From assembly GCA_016195325.1 (NCBI GenBank), contig JACPZX010000019.1, forward strand, positions 8,628 through 72,627: a DNA stretch of 64,000 nucleotides. The letters run 5' to 3'. Both the position numbers and the translations under genes were made by a program. The stretch's first letter is position 1. Each line of letters begins with the position of its first letter. Below, piece by piece: positions 1 through 8,814 of the stretch. The stretch comes from Acidobacteriota bacterium (GTDB lineage: Bacteria > Acidobacteriota > Polarisedimenticolia > JACPZX01). The notes under the pieces were generated by a model that was not told the DNA's origin, did not search any database, and saw nothing but the letters and a program-made list of their open reading frames with translations.

Positions 1-205
1 GGCCCTCAGGTCCGAGGTGAAGTCGGGGCGCCGGACCCCGCGCGACGAGGAGTAGGCCCGCCTCCCCTCGGGAACCAATCGTCGCGACCGGGGTCTCATC
101 CGCCCGTGTGATGGCAACTCGCGCGCGGCCCATCGATGGTAGTCTGCGGCCGCTCGTGACGAGACCGGCTGCGCCGCCTTGGCCTTGCAGGCGCCTGGGG
201 GAGTC

Positions 206-3091
206 ATGGAGACCCTGTTCATCCTCGCCGCGATCGCGTTCACGCTCGCAGGCCCCGTCGCGTTCGCCATGGCGCTCAAGGCCGGCGGGCGCTCGAAGCG
301 GCTCGAGGAGCGGGTTCTGGATCTGGAGAGGCGGCTCGAGTCGGCGGAGCGCCGCCCAACCGCCCCGTCGCCTGCGGCCGCGGCCGTGGCGGTTCAAGCG
401 CCCGTGGCGGCTCCCGCTCACGGAACCTCTCCGGTGATCGTCCCCTCGTTCCGGACCCTCGCGACCGCACGACCGCTCCCCGCGATGCCGCCGCCGGCGG
501 CCTCCCGGCCCGCCGAGGCCGCCCCCCCGACGCTCCCGCGACGGCGCGACGTCGCGGGGTGGGAGGCGAAGATCGGCGGCTCGTGGCTCAACCGGATCGG
601 CGTCACGATGGTCGTCATCGGGATCGCCTTCGCGCTCGGTTACTCGCTCACGGTCCTCGGCCCCGCGGGGAAGGCGGCCCTCGCAGCCCTCGTCTCGATC
701 TCGATGCTCGCGGCGGGGATCGCCTTCGAGAAACGCGAGGCCTTCCGGCTCTACGGCCACGGGCTGGTGGCGGGCGGCTGGGCCGCACTCTATGCGACCG
801 CCTACGCCGTGCACGAGCTCGAGGCGACGCGCCTCGTCGAGGACCCGGTCGCCGGCTTCGCCCTGCTGATGGCCGTCGGCGCCGCCATGATCGTCCACTC
901 GCTGCGCTACCGGAGCGAGGGGATCACGGCCCTCGCGTACGCGCTCGCGTACGCGGCGATCTGCCTCCACAGCATCAGCGCGTACACCCTCTTCGCCGGA
1001 ACGATCCTCTCCGCCGGGATGGCCCTCCATCTTCTGAGGCGCCAGTGGTACCGGCTCGCCCTGGGGGGCGTCGTCGCGACCTACGGCTGCCTCTTCCTCT
1101 GGTACACGCGCCAGGCGGAGATGACCGCGGCCACGCTGAAGATCGGCCTCTCGGCGCTCTGTCTCGACTGGCTCACGTTCCTGATCGCCGATTTCGCGCC
1201 GGAGTCGCCGCGGGAGAGCGACAGGGAACACAGCCGCGCGGTGGCCCTCGTCAACGCCATGGCCGCCGGGGGACTCTCCTGGCTCGCGTGGAACAGGTTC
1301 GACGCCGCCGGCTCGTGGGTCCCCCTCGCGGCGCTCGGCCTCTGCTACGCCGTGACCTCGGCGGCGCTCCGCTCGATGGGCCGGGCGGCCGTGCACCCGG
1401 TGCACTCCGTCGCGGCGGCGCTCTGCGTCGGCTTCGCGGCGTTCGAAGGGCTCGACCTTCACGGAGCCACGTGGATCTGGCTCGCGGAGGCGCAGGCCAT
1501 CGTTCTCATCGGCGTCGCGCTGAAGGACCGCTTCCATCGGACGCTCGGATGCGCCCTCTTCCTCGCGCCCACTCTTGCGATCGTCGCCGATCAGGCCTCC
1601 GCCCGCATGGACCGGGTCGAGGCCATCTGGGTTCCCTCCCAGTTCGCCCTCACGGCGGCGGCCTGCGCCGCTTTCTACCTGACCTTCGCGAGGCTGCGAG
1701 CCTTCGCCCTGCGTCGTCTCTTTTCGTTCGGCGCGCTCGCGCTCATCCTTCTCGGCCTCTGGGTCCAGCTCCCCCGCGTCTACGTCGCGCCGGCCGGCGC
1801 GCTCCTCATGGTCATCCTCTTCGAGCTCTCGTCGGTCCGGCGGATCGTGGAGCTGCGCGTTCAGTCGTACGTCACGGCCCTCTTCACGGCGGCCGCCGCG
1901 GCCACGCTCACCGCACCCTCGACCGACGAGCTCATGGGCCACGCGGCGCGCCTTCCGGCCCTCCTCGCGGTGGCGGTCGCGTTCTTCGTCGTCTTCGCGA
2001 GCCGGCGGCGCGAGAGCGCTCCCCTCACGGAGTTCGACGTCACGCTGCAGAGCGCTGCCCCGTGGACCGGGACGGCCCTCGTCGCGCTGACCGTCTGGCT
2101 GTCGGCGAGGCCCGTGATGGTAGGGCCGGCGTGGATCCTCGCCGCCCTCGCGCTCGTCGAGGCCGGCATCGCCCTCAGGGAGCGCGCGCTCCGGCAGCCT
2201 GGCTACGCCCTCCTCCTTTGCGGGCACGCGAGCCTCCTCGTGTCGAACCTCACCGCGACCGAGATGGTGAGCGGGGTGTCGATCCGCGCCGCCACGATCG
2301 TCCCGTCGATCCTCGCGTCGTACTACCTCTGGTGGCGGCTGCGGGAGGCGGGCTCGGCCGCGGCGCCGGAGCGCGTCACGGACGGAACGGACGAGGGATA
2401 CGGACGATTCCTGGCCTACGCGGCCGGCGCGATGACCGGCCTCTTCGTCCGATTCCAGTTCGGCCTCGACGGGGCGGCGCTCCGGTGGTCCCTCACGATG
2501 GTGGGGCTCCTCGTCGCCGGCCATTACCTCAGGGACGCGGACCTCAGGCTCCAGGGATACCTCCTCGGCTTCGCGGCCTTCCTTCGCGCCGTGGGGCTCG
2601 ACCTCGACTCCGCGCCCCCCATCCTGGGGATGAACGGGCCGTTCTGCGTGGCGACGGCGAGCGTCGCGTCGTTCCTCGCCGCCGCGATCCTCCTCCGGGC
2701 GCGGCGAAGGGACGCCGCGAGCCGGGGGGCGGAGCGGAGGACGCTGCCGCTCGAGTCCCGGCTCGAGGCGATGGGGTTCGACGTGATGTCGATCCTCGCC
2801 GTGGCGATCGCGGCGGTCTACTCGTACCGAACGGCCTCCGGCTCGATGCTGATCGTGGCGTGGGCGATCGAGGGGCTGGTCGTCACCGCCGCCGGCTTCC
2901 TCATCCAGGCGCGCACCCTGCGCTTCGCGGGCCTCGGCCTCCTCACGACCGGACTCGCCATGACGATCTACCGCACCGTCACGACCTTCGACACCTTCGG
3001 GCGCATCGTCTCGTTCCTCGTCCTCGGCTCGGTCCTCCTCCTGGTCTCGTACGCCTACACGCGCTTCCGCGGCCCGCACAGGACGTCATGA
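206..3091 (+). CDS. large polytopic membrane protein, DUF2339-like
   Basis: ORF 179..3091. ATG at 206 is preceded by GGGGGAG. N-terminal TM helix, coiled segment LEERVLDLERRLESAERR, Pro/Ala linker, then more than 20 hydrophobic helices. Stop overlaps the next start (ATGA at 3088). Confidence 0.7.
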   Translation: METLFILAAIAFTLAGPVAFAMALKAGGRSKRLEERVLDLERRLESAERRPTAPSPAAAAVAVQAPVAAPAHGTSPVIVPSFRTLATARPLPAMPPPAASRPAEAAPPTLPRRRDVAGWEAKIGGSWLNRIGVTMVVIGIAFALGYSLTVLGPAGKAALAALVSISMLAAGIAFEKREAFRLYGHGLVAGGWAALYATAYAVHELEATRLVEDPVAGFALLMAVGAAMIVHSLRYRSEGITALAYALAYAAICLHSISAYTLFAGTILSAGMALHLLRRQWYRLALGGVVATYGCLFLWYTRQAEMTAATLKIGLSALCLDWLTFLIADFAPESPRESDREHSRAVALVNAMAAGGLSWLAWNRFDAAGSWVPLAALGLCYAVTSAALRSMGRAAVHPVHSVAAALCVGFAAFEGLDLHGATWIWLAEAQAIVLIGVALKDRFHRTLGCALFLAPTLAIVADQASARMDRVEAIWVPSQFALTAAACAAFYLTFARLRAFALRRLFSFGALALILLGLWVQLPRVYVAPAGALLMVILFELSSVRRIVELRVQSYVTALFTAAAAATLTAPSTDELMGHAARLPALLAVAVAFFVVFASRRRESAPLTEFDVTLQSAAPWTGTALVALTVWLSARPVMVGPAWILAALALVEAGIALRERALRQPGYALLLCGHASLLVSNLTATEMVSGVSIRAATIVPSILASYYLWWRLREAGSAAAPERVTDGTDEGYGRFLAYAAGAMTGLFVRFQFGLDGAALRWSLTMVGLLVAGHYLRDADLRLQGYLLGFAAFLRAVGLDLDSAPPILGMNGPFCVATASVASFLAAAILLRARRRDAASRGAERRTLPLESRLEAMGFDVMSILAVAIAAVYSYRTASGSMLIVAWAIEGLVVTAAGFLIQARTLRFAGLGLLTTGLAMTIYRTVTTFDTFGRIVSFLVLGSVLLLVSYAYTRFRGPHRTS

Positions 3092-4035
3092 AGGCGGCCC
3101 GTTCCGTCGTCCTCCTCGCCATCGCCGCGGCGCTCGGCGCCGGGCTGTACCTCGCGTCGCGCGGCGATGGAGCGGATCGGCGCGATCTCCAGGCGGTGGT
3201 GACGCTCGGGGGAGATGCCGTCCACGACGCGATCCATCCGGCGCTCGATCTCACCCGCATGAGCGACGCCGACGAGGCGGCGCTCGGGGTGGCGATCGAT
3301 CGCGAGATCCGCGCGCACATGACGGTCGGCGGCGATCCGCGGACCATGCGCTACCTCCGCCGCGTCCTGCGCGCGCTCACCCCCGGGGGGACCCGTGGGG
3401 GCATTCCCTTCGACATCGATCTCGTCCGCTCGCCCGAGGTGAACGCCTTCGCGGTGGCCGGCGGCCGGCTCTACGTGACGGAGGGGATGATGGCGTTCGC
3501 CCGGAGCGAGGCGGAGCTTGCGACCGTCATCGGCCACGAGATGAGCCACGTCGAGCTGCGGCACTGCGTCGCGCGGCTGCAGATCGAGACGGCGGCGCGC
3601 AAGGCCTCCCCCGCGCTCGCCGACCTCGCCCGCATCGGCTACGAGATCGCCCTTCTCGGATTCTCCGAGGAGCAGGAGCTCGCCGCCGACAGGAACGGGG
3701 CGCTCCTCGCCGCCAGGGGCGGGTACGATCCCTGGGCGGCCCACGGCGTGTACGCCCGATTCGCCGCCGCCGAGAAGGGGCGCAACCGCAAGCCCTCCCG
3801 AAACCCGGCCGTGGAAGTCGCCGTAATGCTCCCCGACGCGGTGAGGCAATACCTCGCGACGCACCCGCCGGCCGACCAGCGGATCGAGTCGGTGCGCGGC
3901 GCCCTCCAGGCCGACCCGGCGCTGTGGCGCGGGGAGCCGCGATACGTGGGTCGGACGAATTTCGACGAGCGCGTCGCGCGGCTCGACGAGGCGAGGGTGA
4001 ACGAGTGGATCGTGCGCGAGGCCGCCCCGGACTGA
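3088..4035 (+). CDS. M48-family zinc metallopeptidase (secreted or membrane-anchored)
   Basis: In-frame 3' part of ORF 559..4035; the upstream part is an Arg/Pro/Gly-rich shadow. ATG at 3088. Signal anchor MKAARSVVLLAIAAALGAGLYL. HExxH motif in VIGHEMSHVELRH. Confidence 0.8.
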   Translation: MKAARSVVLLAIAAALGAGLYLASRGDGADRRDLQAVVTLGGDAVHDAIHPALDLTRMSDADEAALGVAIDREIRAHMTVGGDPRTMRYLRRVLRALTPGGTRGGIPFDIDLVRSPEVNAFAVAGGRLYVTEGMMAFARSEAELATVIGHEMSHVELRHCVARLQIETAARKASPALADLARIGYEIALLGFSEEQELAADRNGALLAARGGYDPWAAHGVYARFAAAEKGRNRKPSRNPAVEVAVMLPDAVRQYLATHPPADQRIESVRGALQADPALWRGEPRYVGRTNFDERVARLDEARVNEWIVREAAPD

Positions 4036-4052
4036 GCCGCCGAATCGGGTGG

Positions 4053-5078
4053 ATGGCCGTCTCGATTCTCGCCGCCGTCACCGCCCCCCTCCCCGCGGCG
4101 TCGCCCGCGGCCCCGCACCCGGAGGCGGGCCCGGCCGCTGCGCCGGCGCCGGCGCCGTCTGCGGTCGAATCGATCCGCGAGGCGGCCGCCGTCCTGAGGC
4201 CCCTGGCCGCCTCCGACCTGACGCGCGCCTTCCTCGATGCGACCTCCACCCTGAAGTCGATCGCCCCGCGAACGCTCCTGAGGAACGCGGCGAAGACGCG
4301 GTACTACACGAAGACCGAGGCGGCCTCCCTGCCCGAGGCGGAGAGGTCGGCGCTCACCGAGACGACGATCGAAGAGCCCTTCTACTACAACACCCGCTAC
4401 GGCTCTCCCCTCGCATACGTGCGCCCTCTCGAGATCCTCGCCGCGGCGGGGACGTCGAGGCTCACGGGTCTGAGGCTCCTCGACTTCGGGTACGGATCGA
4501 TCGGGCACCTGAGGCTGATGGCGGCGCTCGGCGCCGAGGTGGTCGGCGTCGAGGTCGACCCGCTGCTGCGCGCCCTCTACGCCGCGGGGGGAGATCAGGG
4601 GAAGGTCGAGGGGAAGGGGGGTGTCACGGGAAGCCTGCGCCTCGTCGACGGGCAGTACCCGGCGACGGAGCAGGTGAAAAAGGAAGTCGGGGAGGGATTC
4701 GATCTCATCGTCTCGAAGAACGTCCTCAAGAAGGGTTACATCCACCCGGAGCGCCCCGCCGACGAGAGGCTCCTGGTCCATCTCGGCGTCGACGACGAGA
4801 CGTTCGTGGGGACGCTCCACGCGGCGCTCAGGCCCAGCGGGCGCGTCCTCATCTACAACCTCTGCCCGGCGCCGGCTCCCCCCGACAAGCCCTACATCCC
4901 GTGGGCCGACGGGCGATCCCCCTTCGCGCGGGAGATGTGGGAGCGCGCGGGGTTCCGGGTGGTCGCCTTCGACGCCGACGACGGTCCGGCGGCCCGCGCC
5001 ATGGCGCACGCCCTCGGCTGGGATGCGGATCTCTTCGCGACCTTCACGCTCGTGGAGAAGCCGCCCCCGACGCGCTGA
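4053..5078 (+). CDS. putative class I SAM-dependent methyltransferase-like protein with N-terminal signal-like region
   Basis: 3' part of ORF 3924..5078 from ATG 4053. LLDFGYGSIGHLRLMAALGAEVVGVEVDP resembles SAM-binding motif I. Assignment is tentative. Confidence 0.55.
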   Translation: MAVSILAAVTAPLPAASPAAPHPEAGPAAAPAPAPSAVESIREAAAVLRPLAASDLTRAFLDATSTLKSIAPRTLLRNAAKTRYYTKTEAASLPEAERSALTETTIEEPFYYNTRYGSPLAYVRPLEILAAAGTSRLTGLRLLDFGYGSIGHLRLMAALGAEVVGVEVDPLLRALYAAGGDQGKVEGKGGVTGSLRLVDGQYPATEQVKKEVGEGFDLIVSKNVLKKGYIHPERPADERLLVHLGVDDETFVGTLHAALRPSGRVLIYNLCPAPAPPDKPYIPWADGRSPFAREMWERAGFRVVAFDADDGPAARAMAHALGWDADLFATFTLVEKPPPTR

Positions 5079-6000
5079 GGATCCCGTCCTCGAGCCACGA
5101 CTCGACGAGCTGGGCGACGCGCCGCGCCGCCGCCGTCTCGGGCTCCTCCCCGACGGTGGGGCCTTCGTCCCGTGAGAGGTCGTCGAAGACGAGTTCGCCG
5201 ACTCGCGGGAGCGACGCCCCCCCCGCGGCCATCTCGATCAGGCACCGCCGCTCGTCCTCGCGGACGGTGCGGTGGTGGACGGCGAATCCCTTCCGGTAGA
5301 CGCGGATCGACGACGCGGCGGCGGCCGGTGGCTCGATCTCGAGGGGCTCGGCGTCGTGGACCTCGCACGTCTCGACCGACGCCGAGTGCGTCCCGTGCCG
5401 CTCGGGCTCCGCCGCGAGGTCCTCGACGCGGCGCCAGAGCGGCGCGACGCTCCAGGCGAGGTCCAGGAGCCTGAAGGCGGGGACGACGCGCAGGCCCAGA
5501 TCCGCGACCGCCTCGGGCGGGAGGCGTGTGAGATCGCCGCGGGTGAGAGGGGGCGCGTCGGCCTCGTCGAAGACGTCCACGCGGGCCCACTCGAGGCGCG
5601 CGAGATCGGCGAGGAAGGGGAACTCCCCGCGGGAAGCGTGGCGTTCGAGGTACGCGGGGAGCGCCTCGCCGAGATAGCGCAAAGACCAGTGTCCGCTTGG
5701 GTGCGCGAGGAGGTAGTCGGTGGCGAGGTTGTGGAAGCGCGCGCCGCCGATCACCGCGCGGAGCTTGGGGAAGTCCTCGGCGAGGGCGTCGCGCAGCCGG
5801 TAGAAGTACATGTCGGCGTAGATGTCGAGACGCTCCGTCGCGTCGAGCCGATCGTCGGGGCGGACCAGCGACGAGAGATCCGCGCTCGAAAGCGTTCCCG
5901 CCGCGACGAGATCCGCGGCCCCCGGGCCGACGCCGGTCGGCGCGGAGATCAGGTCCCACACGAGGCGCTCGACGCGATCGAGATCAGGCGCGGAGGACAT
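5044..6000 (-). CDS. DUF2063-family protein (BufC-like partner of an MNIO enzyme)
   Basis: ORF as given. RLDIYADMYFYRLRDALAEDFPKL and the overall layout are typical of DUF2063 proteins encoded right after DUF692 genes. It overlaps the upstream gene by 17 nt. Confidence 0.8.
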   Translation of the reverse strand: MSSAPDLDRVERLVWDLISAPTGVGPGAADLVAAGTLSSADLSSLVRPDDRLDATERLDIYADMYFYRLRDALAEDFPKLRAVIGGARFHNLATDYLLAHPSGHWSLRYLGEALPAYLERHASRGEFPFLADLARLEWARVDVFDEADAPPLTRGDLTRLPPEAVADLGLRVVPAFRLLDLAWSVAPLWRRVEDLAAEPERHGTHSASVETCEVHDAEPLEIEPPAAAASSIRVYRKGFAVHHRTVREDERRCLIEMAAGGASLPRVGELVFDDLSRDEGPTVGEEPETAAARRVAQLVESWLEDGILSASGAASPRA

Positions 6001-6811
6001 CGGCCTCGATCTCCTTCGCCCTCAGGCTCTCGGCCTCGAGGCGGTCCCATTCGGGGATGTTCCCGTCCCACTCGACCAGCGCCGGGATCGCGCCGAATCT
6101 CCTCACCGCATGGCGGTAGAGATCCCAGACCTCGTCGCGGACGGGGTGATCGTGGGTGTCGAGAAGGTGCGTGCCGTGATCCGAGTGGCCCGCGAGGTGG
6201 AACTGCCAGACGCGCTCGACCGGGATCGCCTCCACGTACTCGACGGGATCGAACCGGTGGTTCACTGAACTGACGAAGATGTTGTTCACGTCGAGGAGGA
6301 TGCCGCAGTCGGACCTCTCGGCGACCTCGCGGAGGAAGTCCCACTCCGTCATGTCGGAGGCGGTGTAGGTCAGGTACGACGAGACGTTCTCGAGGGCGAT
6401 CCGCCGCCCCAGCGCCTCCTGCACGCGCGCCACGCGCGAGGCGACGTGATCGAGCGATTCCTCGGTGTACGGGAGCGGGAGGAGATCGTGGGCGTTGCGG
6501 CCGCCGACGCCGGTCCAGCAGAGATGGTCCGAGACCCAGGCCGGCTCGACGCGCGCCGCGAGGTCCTTGAGGCGCGCCAGGTACGCGTCGTCGAGGGGGT
6601 CGGTGGTGCCGATCGAGAGGCTCACGCCGTGCAGCACGACGGGGTAGTCGCGGCGGACGCGGGTGAGGACGTCGAGCGGCCTGCCGCCGCGCACCATGAA
6701 GTTCTCGGAGATGACCTCGAACCAGCCGACGCGGGTGGGGGCCTGAAGGACGCGCTCGAAGTGATCGCGCCTCAACCCGACGCCGTGACCGAGAGAGGGA
6801 CGATCGCTCAA
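5984..6811 (-). CDS. DUF692 / MNIO (multinuclear non-heme iron oxidase, MbnB-like) enzyme, BufB-like
   Basis: GVGLRRDHF, WFEVISENFM, HGVSLSIG, DHLCW, LENVSSY and DVNNIFVS are hallmarks of UPF0276/DUF692 TIM-barrel proteins. Confidence 0.85.
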   Translation of the reverse strand: MSDRPSLGHGVGLRRDHFERVLQAPTRVGWFEVISENFMVRGGRPLDVLTRVRRDYPVVLHGVSLSIGTTDPLDDAYLARLKDLAARVEPAWVSDHLCWTGVGGRNAHDLLPLPYTEESLDHVASRVARVQEALGRRIALENVSSYLTYTASDMTEWDFLREVAERSDCGILLDVNNIFVSSVNHRFDPVEYVEAIPVERVWQFHLAGHSDHGTHLLDTHDHPVRDEVWDLYRHAVRRFGAIPALVEWDGNIPEWDRLEAESLRAKEIEADVLRA

Positions 6812-6895
6812 CCTGTCACCTGGCCCCCAAAAACTCGAGGCCCCGGCGCCGTGAGCAGCGCCGGGGCCCCTGAACTCACGAACCGGTTGCGTCGA

Positions 6896-7183
6896 TTACG
6901 CCTTCTTCTTGTCGGGGACGACGGTGCCCTTCTGATCCTTGCACTCCTTCTCGCTGCCGACCTTGACCCAGCCCTTGCCCTTGCACGAGTTCTTCCCGGA
7001 GCACTCGTGGCTGCCGTCGGCGGCGGAGCACTCTCCCTTGCCGGCGCAGGAGTTCACGCCCGCACACTTGACCGTCTTCGCGTCTTTCGCGTCCTTGCCC
7101 TCGGCCGCGAGGACGAAGCCCGAGGAGAGGAAACCCACAGCCGCCGTCGCGACGAGCAGTCCCGTGATCTTCTTGCCGTTCAT
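6896..7183 (-). CDS. bufferin-type RiPP precursor (Sec signal peptide plus 6-Cys core)
   Basis: 95 aa. Signal peptide MNGKKITGLLVATAAVGFLSSGFVLA. Core with two CxGxNSCxGKGxC-like motifs (CAGVNSCAGKGEC and CSGKNSCKGKGW..EC), 6 Cys in total. RBS GGAGG is 8 nt upstream. It sits directly upstream of the DUF692-DUF2063 pair. Confidence 0.8.
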   Translation of the reverse strand: MNGKKITGLLVATAAVGFLSSGFVLAAEGKDAKDAKTVKCAGVNSCAGKGECSAADGSHECSGKNSCKGKGWVKVGSEKECKDQKGTVVPDKKKA

Positions 7184-7774
7184 TCTTTGCCTCCAGCGTC
7201 ATGGGAGCCGACTCTGCGCGAGCGAGGCTCCCGGTTCGTCATGACCGCGCCGCGGGGTCGCGACCATTCGCAATCGCCTTGAGCGCGGGTAAAGCTCCAA
7301 ACAAACTGGACAGCCTAGCGGAATCGACACGGGTTGGCCAGAGCCAGCCGCCCGGAGCCGGCCGTCCCCAGCGTCTACGATGCCACCGGCCGGCCGGATG
7401 TTTCACCGTGACGGGCGAAAAGCCCCACCCACGGCCGGGTTTTCCCGGTCGACCTGCGGCGCGGGACCCGAGGGGCGGCGGCTCGCGGCCCTGAACAAAT
7501 CGACAGGGGGGTCGGTTCCGGTCGCCCGGCGCGCGACCGAGCGCCGCTGTCTGCGTGACACCACCTCCGCTTCACGGACTCCCGTCGGCCGTGCCTCCCC
7601 CGACCAAGCAGGGGGCGTGCCACGCGTCCGGCCGCGTTGCGGAATGCCGGTGCGCGCGGATCCTGTTGCAGGGCAGGGGGCTCCACGAGATCGCCAGGAG
7701 GGCGTGGCGCGTCCCGATCGGGCGCGCGTCAGCGCCGGGCGGACTCGCGTCAGGGTTTTCCGGACGGCCCGAGG

Positions 7775-8197
7775 TCAGCGCGACTTTTTCTCCGGCAGGC
7801 TCACGCTCATCAGCACCTTCGCCGTGTCGGCCGTGGATCTGTACATCGCCTCCATCCGGAAGACCATCGAGCGAGGTCGCACGTGAAGGTCGCGGGCCGC
7901 CACGCCGTGCGCGCCGATGAGATCCCCCAGCGCATCGAAGGCCGCGAGGTTGACCCTCGCCTCCCCGTCCGTCCCGATCGACCGCACGTCGAGGTTGACG
8001 AGCCAGCGGTGGTAGAACATCTCGGACTCGATCGGCCGCAGCGTCACCTCGACGGTCCCGCAGGTCATGGAGAAGGGAGCGCTCCCCGCGAACTCCGGCG
8101 GCCGCAGCTCCTTCGTGCACGTCGCCGCGCGCGCCGGCGCCGCGAGGCCGAGTCCCGCGACGGCGGCGACGAGCGCAAGCCATGCGGCTCGCGTCAT
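7775..8197 (-). CDS. secreted hypothetical protein (140 aa)
   Basis: 3' part of ORF 7775..8329 from ATG 8197. GGAGGGAGG lies upstream, and the ATGA overlaps the yceI stop. Signal peptide MTRAAWLALVAAVAGLGLAAPARA. No family recognised. Confidence 0.55.
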   Translation of the reverse strand: MTRAAWLALVAAVAGLGLAAPARAATCTKELRPPEFAGSAPFSMTCGTVEVTLRPIESEMFYHRWLVNLDVRSIGTDGEARVNLAAFDALGDLIGAHGVAARDLHVRPRSMVFRMEAMYRSTADTAKVLMSVSLPEKKSR

Positions 8198-8814
8198 GGT
8201 CCTCCCTCCTTCCGGAAATGGATCTCGAACGAGAGATCGACGCCGTCCTGCGCGTGGTTGAGCGCGACGCTCGGATCCGGGACGCCGAACTCGCTGAGCT
8301 TGATCGCCACCGACCCCGACATGATCCACGCGGGCCCCGCGGAGCGCGAGAGGACGTCGACCGCGACGCGATGCGTCACCCCGTGGATCGTCAGATCGCC
8401 GTCCACCGAGAGGCGCGCTCCGCCGTCCGCCGCGGGGTCGCCCGCCCGGCGCGGCGGGCCGATCGATCGGAACTCGAGGGTCGGGTACTTCGCGACCTCG
8501 AGGTGCTCCTCGCGCATCTTGCGATCCCGCCGGCCGATTCCGGTCACGATCGTCGCCGCGTCGACGGAGAGGGCGACGGCGCCGTCCGCCCGCGGATCCC
8601 CCGACGCGGACCTCAGCCCTCCCGTGACGGCGCGCGTCGTCCCGGTCACGTCGTGCCAGAAGGTGTGGAGGACGAACTGCACGTGGCTCGGCGCGCTCTC
8701 CGCGATCCAGAGGGCGGGGGGGGCGGCGGGCGGGGGCGGCGCGGGGTCGACCGCGGCGCTCGCCGGCGGCGTCGCGCAGAGGGCGAGGGCCGCGGCGAGA
8801 AGGAGGGCTGTCAC
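8194..8814 (-). CDS. YceI-family (polyisoprenoid-binding-like) periplasmic protein
   Basis: 3' part of ORF 8194..9564. GTG at 8814 overlaps the KAS stop (GTGA). Signal peptide VTALLLAAALALCA. FVLHTFWHDVTG, GIGRRDRKMREEHLEVAKYPTLEF and GDLTIHGVTHRV are typical of YceI. Confidence 0.8.
   Translation of the reverse strand: MTALLLAAALALCATPPASAAVDPAPPPPAAPPALWIAESAPSHVQFVLHTFWHDVTGTTRAVTGGLRSASGDPRADGAVALSVDAATIVTGIGRRDRKMREEHLEVAKYPTLEFRSIGPPRRAGDPAADGGARLSVDGDLTIHGVTHRVAVDVLSRSAGPAWIMSGSVAIKLSEFGVPDPSVALNHAQDGVDLSFEIHFRKEGGP

Noticed and set aside
1-55. A possible 3' end of a plus-strand gene (..SEVKSGRRTPRDEE stop at 53-55).
   Set aside because: Only 17 codons are visible, which is too short to support any call.
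559-3087. The upstream 840 codons of the 1158-aa ORF 559..4035.
   Set aside because: The translation is Arg/Pro/Gly/Asp-rich low-complexity, typical of an off-frame shadow in high-GC DNA. It overlaps the convincing DUF2339 membrane gene in another frame. Only the part from ATG 3088 is protein-like.
7184-7774. Whether the long gap hides a housekeeping ncRNA (RNase P RNA, SRP RNA, tmRNA or 6S RNA).
   Set aside because: None of the universally conserved motifs were seen on either strand. The motifs checked were GAGGAAAGUCCGGGC of RNase P P4, the SRP domain IV GGAA/AGCA loops and the tmRNA 5' GGGG..acceptor with tag ORF. 6S RNA cannot be excluded by eye.
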